A stretch of DNA of 63,004 nt, filler included, from Sphacelaria rigidula (taxonomy: Eukaryota): assembly GCA_964200075.2 (NCBI GenBank). It is 10 parts of 10 records of this genome, joined end to end, with 100 filler letters (N's around TTAATTAATTAA, not from the genome) between each part and the next. Parts side by side here need not be neighbours in the genome. Positions count along the whole stretch, not along the records: positions 44,176 to 50,385 come from CAXNAA020021495.1; positions 50,486 to 56,695 come from CAXNAA020021496.1; positions 56,796 to 63,004 come from CAXNAA020021497.1; 7 more parts are not named here. The stretch is one strand, 5' to 3'. The notes under the pieces were generated by a model. That model searched no databases, was not told the origin of the DNA, and saw nothing but the letters and a program-made list of their open reading frames with translations. This document shows, in pieces, positions 50,172-63,004 of this stretch. Positions within the stretch are counted from its first letter, which is position 1, and every line of letters begins with the position of its first letter. Made by a program: the position numbers and the translations under genes.

Positions 50172-50385
50172 TGTTCATCGTCGTCCCATCTCTTTTGGGC
50201 GCCGGTCTACACCTTTCGGTATATGTGGGCGCACCAGCCGGGGTCACACACGAGTAAGGCCAACACAAGAGCTGTTATTTTGTTTGTTTTTAGTACTCCA
50301 CTTTCCTTCTGCGGTGCTTGCCTTTATTTTTTATCGCGAGAGGGCTTTACCAGTCCCTTTCCCTCGTCGACCGTCAAGTCGATTC
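50172..50385 (-). mobile_element. SINE family C, head cut by the contig end
   Basis: Reverse complement aligns with 33365-33547 (gcaagcaccgcagaaggaa, tgtgtgaccccggctg, accgaaaggtgtagac). Confidence 0.75.
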
Positions 50386-53040
50386 NNNNNNNNNNNNNNN
50401 NNNNNNNNNNNNNNNNNNNNNNNNNNNNNTTAATTAATTAANNNNNNNNNNNNNNNNNNNNNNNNNNNNNNNNNNNNNNNNNNNNCGTCGTCGGGGGGCA
50501 GGCACGTCAGTGCGAACGGCGGCGGGGGGGGGGGGGGGGGTTGATCGTAGAAATATTTACTTGGCACGTGCCACCTCATAGGTCGTCGAGTGCCCCCTCG
50601 ATATTGATATCTGGAAATAGCTGACTGGAACGCCGTACACAGAGACAAGCGAGGCTGCAGCTAAGAGCGAGACACCGGTGCAAAATTGCCGCCAGAATCA
50701 GGCGCAGAAAAACACGAAGTTCCTTCCAGCGGCTTACCCACAGCAAGAAAATAGTGTGCAGTAACAAGTTTTGCAGCACTCTGGAGATTAAAAAAAATCG
50801 ACGAATGATCGCTTTATCGCCGGCATGGGTTGTGCGGCGCTGGTGAATATCCCAGTCAAGTTTACTCGACGCGTGATCTAGTGTTGTCTATGGTCAGTCA
50901 TCAGTCATGAGTGAACGTGTGGGAGATCTTATTGCAGTGACAGGCAACGCCACCTCAACCTGTACAGTACCACGAACGGATCGCCACTTCAAAAAGAACA
51001 CCACAGATACCGAAATGCTAAGGACGACAACACGGTCGAGGGAGAAGCACCCTTCGTCTACAAATATAATACGTTGCATGCGATAAAGGTGTACGTGAAC
51101 ACGCAAGAACAAATGACAGATACGTCCACCTCTGACGTCCGCACCCTTCGCCCCGGACCCCTTTGCCCAATTTTGACAACGTCGGAAGTACATCGTCATA
51201 CAATTGGCACTGTTTACGATATTGGGCACGTCATCTACACACGGCGGCAGAACATTGCTCATACAACACCCACCCGTAAATTAGTGCCGGCCGTACGTCC
51301 GACGTTAGCTTGTGCAAACGCGGGCCGACAATGGTGTCGAGAGCATTACGATGTCCTAAACGCAGATAGTATCCGGGATACAACGGTCCAATCTGTACAT
51401 GCAGCACTGTACTACATCACCCTGAAGGGAAGTGTGTACACAGTACGATTGTTCCGCTGATGCATGAAAGACTCGTGTACCATCTTGAAATACGTGCGCC
51501 TGCGCGCCTTGTCCAGTTCAACTGGTGATCGCCAGAGCAGGTCATCTGGGTCGGGAGACTATTTCAAGTATGAACTATTTCATGTACGAACATAAAAGCT
51601 GATTTCAACAGATTTCCCAACCTCGCGGTCAACGGGTCAGGAGAGGCACATTCGCGATACGCAGCATGTGGAACGATGGAAGGCGTACCAAGAAGAATAA
51701 CTCCAAGCGGCAACCATGAAATGCCAAGGTAAAACACGGCGAGTCCTACAGAGACACTGAAGTGACACGGTCATGTGGGCGTGTTCCGTCCCGGTACTGC
51801 GAAGTTCCCCGGGGTGACGCCAACCAAGCGCTGGGGCACTGCCAGCCCCGAAAACCTGTCCAGAACTAGAAAAAGGTTGGTGTTCTTCCTCCGATGGGCT
51901 GTGGGTGTAATGTCACCGCGTCAGGATTGAATTTGAGGGAGGTTGGGGTGAGCGCAGGCATGTCGCTCGGGCCTTTTCCCCTCATTCCCCTTTGTGGCTG
52001 AAAAGGTGCGTTATGCAAAAGTAAAGCGTTCAACAAACCTTTTCCATCGAACGCGTTTTCCTTCAGGTTTAATTACGGGTTGCCACGACTTATCACGGTT
52101 TCTGTTTACTGTAGTACCAAATTTTGGGAATCAAAAGACGTGAGTAACCTACACAACTTTCGAAAAGAAAACACCGACGATCGACTCTGAAAAAGATACG
52201 GGCTCACCGGTATTCGAGGGTCGTACGCGTATACAGCCCCTGGTTCTCGCTCGCTGGCAATTTATTTTTCATCGGCCGAACCAATCCACATTATAACGAA
52301 TAATATACGGTTGTATGTATGGCTTCGGCCTTTTTTCAACCGCCTCGATATCCATGCGCTCATACGATCGAAAAACCATGTTTTTTGGGCCATGCGCGGT
52401 CAATAAAATACACATCCTCGAACAGCAGTTTCACTCTGTATCGTTTTGAAAGCACGACATTGGGAGATGCTGCTCGAGGACGACCGGCTTTCTTCCCAAC
52501 ATCTACCGACCCTCTACAACTCTCGAGTGAAGGTGGCGACTTCTCTGTGACCTACTCTCAAAAACTATCGAGTGAACGTGAAGAATCGTCTGAGAGAAAA
52601 TCCCGATTGAGTGAACGCGAACACATTCAAAGTTTGACTCTTATTTGTACCCCCTTTTTTGACTTTCGTCCCAAAAAAATAGTGTCCTCCACTGTAGAAC
52701 GGCTCGACAATTTCCTGTTGGACCCGCGAGCACGCAACAAGGAACCTTATACATCATCATCATGCATACGTATAGTCAACACAGACTGACAGCACATACA
52801 CGCGCGAAGGGACGAAGAAAACACGCACGTGCATGAATCCAGTGAAGGGAGGCTCGCATATTTCGCAATATACTATTGCTGTCAGTGTTATGTGTAGGGT
52901 ACGCCGGTCTGGCTCGTGGCACGAAGCAAATTACTGCGGAACTACCAACTAATTATAGCATCCGTCTCCCTTCATTCTCTTTCTGCTTCTCTCTCGTTGT
53001 TTTGATCGAGAGAGGGCGCGCGTTTTCACCTTGGTTGTAG

Positions 53041-53274
53041 CTCCAAAGTACACGTTTGGATCTACACTGTCAACGGCATCCACCAACAACAACCAAGAGC
53101 TCATCGTGCTCTCTGACTACAAGGTAGAATATAGTTGTGTGACCGTGGGGTGCACGCGGGGCACTTGAGACAAGGACGAAAAGAGCGACCCTTATATGGA
53201 TATTGCTGGCCTGCGTGCAGACCCTGACTGGCATTTTTCGAACGAAACAGGATACACATTTGGTTGTGAAGTAG
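53041..53274 (+). CDS. Possible terminal exons (53041-53123, 53221-53274) of an unknown gene
   Basis: ttgtag|..PKYTFGSTLSTASTNNNQELIVLSDYK|gtagaa, then gtgcag|TLTGIFRTKQDTHLVVK*. Phases are compatible but no homology is recognised. Confidence 0.2.
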
Positions 53275-56200
53275 TGGCTCTTTCTAGCGAATGAAAAGAA
53301 GCTGGCTCCACAACCGCCATGCTTGAAGATGGAAGGCAAAAGCTGCCTCTACTGAATCGGAGTAATGAAACGTTTTTCGTCACATGAAACATGATCCACA
53401 GCTTCAAACATGATCAGAGCTCGTTCGTTCGCTTCCGAGTACACGAGAGGGCGAATACCCTGCCTCGGCCGCTGTACTGTAGTGTTGCACTGTACGGATA
53501 GGCACATACATGCAGTGACTCAGGTATGTGCGCATACAGCCAGTACAGCCACAGTTGTATATTGTACAATGGTGCCAATGTAGTCCCATCAATCCGCGGG
53601 CACATGCCCAGTCAGCAGTCACCCAAAGACACGTGACCATCTTTCCCGCACGGATGTTCTTTTTGGAATGCATAGATCACGCACATCAAAATTGTAAGCC
53701 GTTTTTTGTTTATATTATTCTATACTGCAACCAAGATGCAACCGATCCATACATATTTCGAACATGGCGAAACAATGAAAAAAAAGGAAAATAGTCCACA
53801 GCTCCCCACTCCCTCCGTTGAACATATGCGTGTACATGTACATATTCTGGTACCAACACCCGCTGGCTGGGCGATATCCACCTTCTGGATGTGGGGTCCG
53901 TATCTCATGCTCTCACCTAGCCGGTGCGGTGCGTAGGTACATGCCACAGAATCAATGATGGACGCAGCGCACGCATGATAATGCGAGCTTACAAGACAAA
54001 ACACACCTTTTTCCGCACGCAGAAATCGCAGTTTCGACGAATAGCAGGAGACGGTGCTACATTTGGTGAATCGCTCATTCTCATGGTGACCTCTCTCTGA
54101 CTTCCTCTCTGACTCCCTCTCTAGCTCTCGATGGCTTGTGCTTTCTCTCACACACGCGCACGAAACGAAACACCTGGACACATGTCGAGATGGTGTCGAT
54201 AGAGCAGAACATACACAGAGTCACTTAAAACACGCGAACTGCGGGCAGCTGCGGGCATCTGGCTTTACGTACAAGGGGTAGGAAAATTGAGCGAGCAGAC
54301 CGCAGCATGCATGCACATCACCAAGATCACACACAAATGTGTGTATGATACTACTTATTGGATGATTTTGGTGCAGGGGCGGCATGTGCAGTGTACAGCC
54401 TGTAGAAAGATCAATCACACCACACAAAAAAATGCCCGTGTGGGGAAAAAACGCGGTGGTCTGCACACCGGGGCAAGAAGCACCGCTTTCTGGGGGTTCA
54501 AACATGAGGACATCATGAGTAGCAGGATATGTGTAGCATAACAAGAATACCTCCGCAAATTTTCGCTACTGCTGTCTCTCGGCCTCGCTCACATGCGTGT
54601 AGTCTGTAGTAATGCTTGTACGTATTATGTATACCTGTACATGAAACAAAGTAGGGGGAACTTTCGCTCTGACTTTTTGGGAGGTCTTTTTTTCTCTCTC
54701 GTTATGAGGAAACAGGACAAAAACTCCATGAGATGGACTGAAATATCAAAGCTCCGTCTAGATGATGGTGATGACGATAACGATTAACTGCGATTGTCAC
54801 GTTTACATCAGATGGATCCCCTCTTGCGACAGCTCACCGTCTACACAAAACGCTCTGCCGCTCCCGATCGCTATCCCGGCAGCTGTCGCGGTTAAGAAAG
54901 CTGTGAGAACGACCAACACCAGAGCTGTTGCGTTCTCTTTTCCCCGCGTGAGCGCGTGTTTCCTTGTCCGTCTTCTCGTCAGCTCGCGTGGTTTCCTGGC
55001 TCCGGCCCTTCCCGTCCCAACCAGCAACACGTTTCGTCCTCCCCCGAGTTGGTTGCAAAGCTACGACGCACAGTGCAATGTTCGCTGTGTGAATGCTGTT
55101 GGTGATGTGGTGTACAGGACAGAAGTGTGCTGGAGGAGTTGCCACAGCCGGACAGGTGTGAATTATGTTGACGTCGAGAAATTTCAGGTGTATTGATTCG
55201 ACGGAGGGGAACCAAGATGTGTAACCGCAACTGAACCAAAATGAAGAGAACAGGGTTGATATTACTCTTCACGCGCGAGTCACGCCGCTTGGTTTTGGTT
55301 TAAAAGTCACAGCAGGCAGATTGTATTCTCAGACCCGTGCTCATGGCACAGAAAAATACTGGCCAGAAAAAGACGTCAACAACGGGCATGATAAGTGTAG
55401 ATCATACCGTTATACCTCCTCCGTAGCATTACTACGAAATTTTGGGGACTGCTTACATCATTCGTAGACATAGCCTTTCGTATGGTGGGTATACATTGAA
55501 CGAGGTGAATTAAAATTGACGCAACGTTCATTATTATTCCTAAACCTTCTGCGGTGGCATGCATGTTAAATCAGAATTAATTGGCTTTTGGGAAGACTTG
55601 AAAAATGAACACAACCACCTGAAAATGCAAGATGACAATAAAGACTGGTTTATAATCTACATCAATATATTCAACCAACCGAAAAAAAAAACACTTTCCC
55701 CCGAGAACAAATCAATTACCTCGAACAGAGGTACTCGTATGTCAACCTCGAGGTTCCCGATATTATATGTAACGGTAAATTACTGTGCGAAGACATGGTT
55801 ACAGGGAATCTCGATCGCGTTTGAGCTATTCGAAGTTACCGTCTGAGACCACTCGAAATACATGAAAATATAGTAAAGGGGGAAAATAATTTTTACTTGC
55901 CTTTAACAACGTTTTCGTGAGATTGAGGCCGCTTCTTATAGACTTGAAAAGTCTCTGAGAAAAGTTGTTTTGGACGACTTTTCTCTGACACTTTCTCCAT
56001 AAAAACCCACTACGAAAAAATCCTGGGGATTTGTACAACCGATGCCATCATCTAGGCTGCGCGCCACACTAGTAGTGGTCATCATTTGCATTTTGTGCTT
56101 GCTACCTGCGGTGAGCCTGTGGTAAACCAACACGTAAATACTCCCCATCAAGGTACAGCATGGATGGGGTGGCAACACACACAAACACACAAACACACAC

Positions 56201-56839
56201 ACAAACACACGCACATGCACACGCACAGTAGCTGCTGGTATAGTAGGGATCGAAATGATGGACATATCAACCCTTACTTCAACCTATCGCCGCTTGGTAG
56301 AACAACAGTAGTCGTGTCGCAAGCGGAGCAATGTGCAGCAGACCGTTTGTACAATACAGTACCGCACACAAAAAAATCACGTGAGAGTTAGTAGTGCGGT
56401 AGCAACCGTCTGAGTACGCAGAATACTACAGAGTACGCGATCGGTGGCGGGCACGATGAGCATGAAATGACACCAGCATAGTCAACGCAGCCAGCCGGGG
56501 CGACATCGTGCAATTTTACGGTAGTAACGCTGCAAGAAAAAAAACACTGCACTGTCTGTACTGTCTGTTCCTGGTTCTACGATCATGAAAAGGATGCACG
56601 GAGTGCTGCAGCAGTTATACTGTTAGCACTGTACTGTACATACAACATGGGCAACTACTTTTACACTGGCTGTACTACGCTTGTATGCGAGGAGTNNNNN
56701 NNNNNNNNNNNNNNNNNNNNNNNNNNNNNNNNNNNNNNNTTAATTAATTAANNNNNNNNNNNNNNNNNNNNNNNNNNNNNNNNNNNNNNNNNNNNTGACA
56801 CTTTTAGCTGGTTTTGGGGGGGGGCTATCGTAGAAAGTG

Positions 56840-59225
56840 TCCAAAAATGATCTCAAGGAGGCACTAGGCCGACACGCGAAATGTTGGGAGGATGAAGAGA
56901 TTGATCCTTCAGTTGCTGACGCTGGTGTGCGGAAAGCGTTGGCGGCCCGGCCCGCAACGAGCAAACTGCAATTGAAAGAGTAGAAGGGCAGCGGGGTGCC
57001 CTGGAAGACTTTTTTGCGGAGAATGCTAGCGCTGAGCGTGCGTTCCGCGATGATACAGATTTCAAACCAAGACCCGCTCACATCATAACTCGGGAAATGT
57101 TGAATGGACTGACCCCGAGCGAACAGCACAGCACAGTACAGTGCAGTGCAAACTAAAGATCTCAACATGTTGAACATGAAGGGGGGGTGGAAGGAGGACC
57201 CTGGGCTTGTGTTTAACACGGCTCGGGAAGCAGCGGAGGCATGGAAGACGGTTGAAGCGGCGGATAAGCAGCACCGTCAGCAGCCGCAGCTGAAACAAAG
57301 GAGTGGCAACGGGACTTCCGGAAGCAAGCGCCAACCAAAAGGCGAGCAGTGGAAATGGGACTGCCAGTTCCGGGAAAACTCGCGAATCAACCCCGAACTA
57401 TGCAGGATGTTTCACATGTGGAGACAAGGGCCATTTCCGGAAGGATTGCAAGCAGCAATGCCAGGCTGCTGCTACACAACGTAGTGACGGTGGGCAGACG
57501 AAGGCCGGCGACAACCAGAAGCAACAACAGCAGCTGTCGCAGGGCCCTGGACAAGTGCCTCGCGGAGGGGGCACGAGTCCCGCCCCTACAAGGGCTGTCT
57601 TTTCAGCCGATGGACAAAGTGCTCCCAGCGGGGGGGCGGCGTTGCCACCAGAACCGGTCGTTTCTACTGGTGGCGTGCAGCAGACCATCTCTCATTGCAC
57701 TCTTTCCCGGGTTCGAAATCTGAGGCGGTGCCAGCATGGAGATCGCTCAAAGCGGGTGAGGTGTCAGGTTTTCAATCTGAGGGTCTGCAACTAGATAGCA
57801 AGGAAAGATGGTGTCTTGCCGACTTGTCTGTCCCGAGTGCAGGGGCAAAGGGTGTTTGTCCGGTCAAGGCCATTTTAGACTCGGGATCTGGAATTACGAC
57901 CATGTTAGCTGGTGTGGCGGTGAAATTACAAGCTATGGTTCCAGATGTTCGAGTGGTCACACCGATGATTGATGAACAGCTGGTGACACTGGCTAACGGC
58001 AATGTTGAGCGTGTGAAGCAGAAAACTTGCCCTCTCCGAACCGCTTTACACACTAGCTGGGGACCGGTTGTGCCGGACCCATGTTCATATGCGGTCATGC
58101 CGGGTACAGATAATGTGTTCATCATGGGGAGCCCTACGCGGGAGGCGCTGGGCATTGACGTGTACAGTAGCTTAGGTGCCTGTGCACGGTCAAGAAACAC
58201 TTCGGTGCGAGGTGTAAACACGCCTGATTTTACGGACTGTCGGCATGTCAGTACCGCGGTTGACGCTTTACAGCAACCAGGAGGTCGGGCGGAGCCCGTT
58301 TATTCCTTAGTCGAGCGGTTGTTGCCGAGAAGTCCGGCGATGAGCGTATCCCCGGAACAAGAGCTTGCTGAGCTTCATGTTGCGCCGGAGGAGGCAGTAC
58401 AAGCCGCCGCGGATAACGGCATATCGGAGAGCGAAGTGAGCCAGATTCGTGAGCCCGTACGGAACAGAGCGAGAATTTTTAGGTGAGTGCTGCATGGTTA
58501 TCCGCCTGCTCCCGTCGAGCCCTGGAAGGTGAAATTCAAACCTGTTGCTGTGGAGGGAAAGGCTCGGCCGAGGGCGTACTTTCCGGTCAGGATGGCTTGG
58601 TTGGCACGCTGCATCGCAACATTGGTGGCGCTCGGGCTCGTGTGCAGTTCGCAGGTAATGTGGGCGAAAGCGGCGATTGCAACGCCCGAGAAGTCCTATT
58701 TTCGCTGGATGGGTGCATACAAGGCGGGGGAGGAAGTTTCCCGTCACCACAAGGAGGTGGTGCATGATGCTCGCCCAGGGAAGGTTTTTCATTTCAATTT
58801 TCCCAGTGTTGGCGAGGGTGATCCGCTGGGAGATAATGGCTTGGACGAAGGAGATCGGTTCAAGTACATATTGATAAGGATGGATGACCCGGGCGACTTC
58901 GTGCGGTTGGAGCCCGCGGAGTCTTGTACGGCGGCAACGACGGTGAAGCATTTGTTGACATGGTGCAAAGCGCTGGGGCCGCAGGAGGGATGGATCAGCG
59001 ATACGGTATCGCAATATGAGAATCGTGTGGTGAGAGTGCTCAAGAAGGTGCTGATGGATAGCAGATTCGTGGTGGCCAACTCGCGGTTGTCACATCGTGA
59101 ATGTGAGCGAATGGTGCGTGACATTGTACGTACGTTGAAGGTCATCATGCAGAGAGGAAGACTTGATGCCAACGCCTAGGTGGGTTTGGTACCTGCCGTG
59201 CAGTGGGCATTGCACACTGGTTTTC
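56840..59225 (+). mobile_element. Decayed, internally deleted Ty3/Gypsy LTR retrotransposon (gag, zinc knuckle, protease, RT start, integrase core)
   Basis: CFTCGDKGHFRKDC knuckle (~57405-57447); AILDSGS protease (D at 57878); RT N-terminus PPAPVEPWKV..PRAY..LVALGLV..WAKAA; integrase FHFNF..KYILIRMDD..WISD..CERMVRDIVRTLK..LVPAVQWAL. Contains frameshifts and in-frame stops at 58484 and 59177. Confidence 0.9.
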
Positions 59226-59319
59226 GGGACAGCTGATAGAGCTGTAGCTGCATCTATGATGCGAGGAGCGACTGTTGGGGTGGAAATGCTACTCTACGGT
59301 GTGGAAGAGATTGTAGCCG

Positions 59320-61850
59320 GAGAACTGCTGTTTCTCAGGAGGAGCGCAGGAGAATTACAAGGCAGGCATTGCCTGAGGTGCTCGATGTTGCGGTGAGCGC
59401 CGGGTTGGGTGATGTTAAGGAGCAAGTACTAGTGAAATTGCCTGTTGAGAATGAGGAAGCACGTTGAGAATGAGGAAGCACATTGTGACTTGTATACCTG
59501 AATCGTTTTGTGGATGATTGTAGGTGGTAGTGATATGGTTCCTGTACTTGTCTGTTGTGTTGCGCTGGTTGGCACGCATGATACAAGGTGGTTTCTGAAA
59601 AGAAGCTGCTGAGTGAAATATGAGCATGCAGGTGTGACTGATGTGCATGGTGTCTGATGAAGAGTCAGAGGGAGGCAGTTTTCACGACACTGCTGTGTGC
59701 TGAATGGAATAAAGCTCGTTTATTATTGTTCGCGCAAAAAGTGGAATCATCTTTGTGCGGTTTGCAGAAACTGACTGTAGGAGATGGTGATTGCTGCTGC
59801 TGGCGTGAAAATGAGCGGAAACTACGGAATGGGTAGGCTTGTATGTGAGCAAGTGTAACGTGAGTATTTCCAGAGGTCGACGATAAAAGAAATCTTGCGC
59901 GAATACAGTCTTTTACTGTGGTACATCTTTGATGGCTTGTCATGTGTTTGGATAAGCGCATAGATGGTGTTTCGCATCTGAAAAACGGAGAATGTGAATG
60001 GTGTGCCCATTTGTCTGGGAGGAGTACCACATATTTGTTCTGAGCTGCGTCAGTTGAAACTGAGTCAAAAGGTGCGGGCACGGTTGTGGGCAAAGTACGG
60101 TATCAAGCTTTGAGTGGATGGTATGATCGAATGCTACGGTTTGAAATGGTATCATCCTCGGCGCATTTGCTTTGTGTGAGCATGCCACGACTCGAAATTG
60201 CCGTTGAATGAATTATTGACTTCACTAAATTCGATTGAGACGCTGTGTTCCAGTGTCGTTGCTTAGCGTTTTGCGAGTGATCATTTTCTTCGTGAACATG
60301 ACATAGCATGGTCATGTGTCACCAACAGGCGTACAAAGGTAGCATGAACGTGTTTGTCGGTATCTACTGTTTGTCAAATTCGCTCTCTACTTCGAGTAGT
60401 GCGGAGTTTTGGGGGTGCTGTAGAGTAGTCCACCTCCAGTACACGTACGAGCAGGTTCATGAGGATATACAAGTGGAACAATCTGCTGTAAGCGTTTTCC
60501 ATTGGTTGACGGGCTTTGCGGGTCTCATCGGCAGACTATGTGGATTTGAACATCACATGCTTCACGCATGTGATTACTTCTGATAATGAAGCCTGTGTGT
60601 TTATGAATAACAACTATCTTGAAATCTCCAGGCCCTAGTGAGGGAGGAAGCCCTTGGAGCAATCTTGTGACCTTGTTCTGAGTCCAGGAGGGCTCTATAG
60701 CCATCATTGATCACCCCTCGTGAGCTCGTTCTTGAACTCTTCTTTTCGAGTAAATCCTAAACATTTCTATATCTCGTCTGGATCTTGCACCGTCATATCC
60801 CATCCGTGCATCAGTCAAAATGTAGAAATAATGATCCCCTCGACACTGTCGCAGTCCACCTGCACCAATCCTTCGAACAAACGAACGCATCATCCACATG
60901 TTCCTTCTAACATGAACAGAAAACCAACCATGTGCTCGTTCAAACCAACCATGTGCTCGTTCAAACCAACCATGTGCTCGTTCAACCACGTGACAATCCA
61001 TACCAAACGTGCCACGGTTAAAGATCATTGATGAAAACGTGCATAGTATCTTCATCTTCAACAACCGAAAGCACTTGCGTCATACCTGCTCACATACGAC
61101 GAGCCTACGCATTTCGTACCTTTCAGCTCATTTTTATGCTAACAGCAGATGTCACCGTCTCCTGCAGTCGGTACGAGCCTACACATTTCGCAGTTTTTTG
61201 CTCATTTTCAAGCTAACAGCTGCAATCTATATATCCTGCAGATAAGTACGTGCAAACCGCACAAATATGATTCGACTGTGTTCCTGCGCGAACAAGATTA
61301 TACGAGCTTCTCTTCATTTAGCATACATTAGTATATTGAAAACTGCCCTATCCTAGGTCGTTACCAGATCTCATGCATACCAGTACCATTCGAGCAAAAA
61401 TTCGCACATACCTGCCAAAACTCCACTCAGTATGTGAAAATCCGCACATGCATGCCAATGTTTCACTCAGCACATGCAATCCCATCTTCCTCGCAGCAAA
61501 CACCATGCATTATCCATGCCAACCAGATCAGCGCAACACACACATCCCAAATATCCACGCGTACGCCAGAGTTTTACCCTGCACGCGCGATACGATCATA
61601 CTCGCTCAACAACCATGTTTCATGCGCAAACATGGCCACATACCACACAATAACAAGCTACAACCATTTTCAAAACGATTCGCGAATACCAGTCGTAATA
61701 TGTTTCCTCATTCTCAACAAGCACTCAATCACACCACAGCACTTGCTCCTCAACATCAGTACCCAACTCGGCGCTCACCACAACAGCAAACACCTCAGGT
61801 AATGCCTTTCTTGTAGTCCTCCAACCCGCTCCTGAGAAACAGCAGCACTC
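59320..61850. repeat. Large diverged inverted repeat (59320-59970 versus 60960-61850)
   Basis: Examples: ctgctgtttctcagga..ggcattgcctgaggtg / cacctcaggtaatgcc..tcctgagaaacagcag; gttgagaatgaggaa / ttcctcattctcaac; tttgtgcggtttgca / tgcaaaccgcacaaa. Confidence 0.8.
60920..60985 (+). repeat. 21-bp tandem repeat, three copies (aaaccaaccatgtgctcgttc)
   Basis: Directly visible. Confidence 0.9.
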
Positions 61851-62916
61851 GAACCACAACCCCGTGCACAGCGTGGAGCAGCCTGTCCTCTCGGACACTC
61901 CCTCCTTGCACCTTCAGTCTAGCTACACCTGGCACCCCCATGGTGTAGCTCAACACGCCTCTAAAAGGTATATTCGCACCGCCAAACCAATGCGACAGAT
62001 CATCTGCCTCCACAGATACTTGGGCAGTACTGAACACCTGTGCTTCAGTCAGTTTAACGGAGGACACCAGAGGCGAAACGGGAACAGCTACACAGTCCCG
62101 AACAGCAACACCTCCTGATGGCACATTATCCTCCTCAAACACTCCGCGGCGAAACAGTGGAGACACCTCCGCCATCGCCGCCAAATACGCCAAAGCTGTC
62201 CATGTAAACAGCAGTGCACACGACCACTCCAACACCACGCGACGCTCGTCGTCGCCATTAGAATTGTGATCGCTAACAGCATCACGAGCTTGCAGCTCGC
62301 GCTGCGTACCCGCTTCACGCGGGTCATACGCCCCTGTTGTTTCGATCCTGCAAGGCGTGTCCACAGCTACGCGCTGTTCCGGCGGCAATTCCGCCAACCC
62401 AGCATCCACCTGTCCTTCAAGCAGATACCCCTGCGAATCATCTGAACGACCTCCCGCCATGTCACTGGCACAGATAGATTCACCCTGAGAATCGCAAGCC
62501 CCAAGCTTGCTCTGCTCACTCTCATCACGAAGATAATACCCCCTTGAAGCGGTGAGCATGCAACTTGTGTCCCCAATCACGCTCTGGTCCGGCGGCCACA
62601 AATAACCTGGACCTTTGTCGCTCAGCGCTAGCTCATCGGAGGAAATTGGCTTCGCGCTTCCAACGGCAGCGACAGCAGCGGCTGGATCACGTATCCCCGT
62701 TTCAACCACCACCTCCTGCCCCGCGCACTCCTGAACGGCAGCAGCGGTAGCTGAGCTGCCTGTAGTCCGCTCGAGCTGCACGGCATGTTCGCCCTCTCCA
62801 ACAGCAATACCACACGGGTGGCCACTGGGGTCTGTAACCTGACCATTTTGGGACCTTATCCACCTTTGATAAGGTCCGCGGATTGGGTAGACAATTGGAG
62901 AGCATTCGCACAGCAT
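61795..62916 (-). other. 373-codon uninterrupted ORF of unknown function, probably part of a retroelement-related unit
   Basis: Longest ORF in the window, acidic and Ala-rich. Its 3' end runs into the inverted copy of the sequence that follows the Gypsy integrase. No domain recognised. Confidence 0.35.
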
Positions 62917-63004
62917 GGACAGGATCGAAACAAAACATGTCCCAGTCTATAGGCGGGTGACTCCCCTGTAGACTGGAGTCATCCTACGATAGGGGGGGGG
63001 GGGG

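Noticed and set aside
58307..59014. 235-aa minus-strand ORF
   Set aside because: Antisense shadow of the Gypsy pol frame.

Overview
This is eukaryotic, repeat-rich, intron-rich DNA and not one locus. Nine identical 100-nt artificial linkers (44 N + TTAATTAATTAA + 44 N) join ten size-sorted contigs of 6211-6209 bp: 1-6211, 6312-12522, 12623-18833, 18934-25144, 25245-31455, 31556-37765, 37866-44075, 44176-50385, 50486-56695 and 56796-63004. Neighbourhood across linkers therefore means nothing. Short exons, kb-scale GT-AG introns and the style of the repeats suggest a brown alga or related stramenopile (inference). Host gene fragments I can support: the last three exons of PAN2 deadenylase (minus, 21162-23049); six in-phase exons of a gene joining an AMPK-beta-type CBM48 module to ribonuclease-inhibitor-like LRRs (plus, 38548-43452); and two exons of a TMEM104/Aa_trans-like transporter (minus, 47387-49340). 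Mobile DNA includes a decayed Ty3/Gypsy element whose RT start is joined in frame to integrase, a Gypsy chromodomain tail, LINE RT fragments, tRNA-derived SINEs, several MITEs (one family with TGT..ACA ends, 4-bp TSDs and internal TTAGGG repeats; one Sola-like), a very abundant poly-G/GTACTCAT repeat family and an OTU-protease pseudogene. Most ORFs in the supplied track look spurious. I found no CRISPR array, rRNA or genuine tRNA, and I cannot support a new multi-gene system. The best leads are the CBM48-LRR protein, the telomere-repeat MITE family with the nearby OTU relic, and the RT/RNase H-deleted Gypsy.
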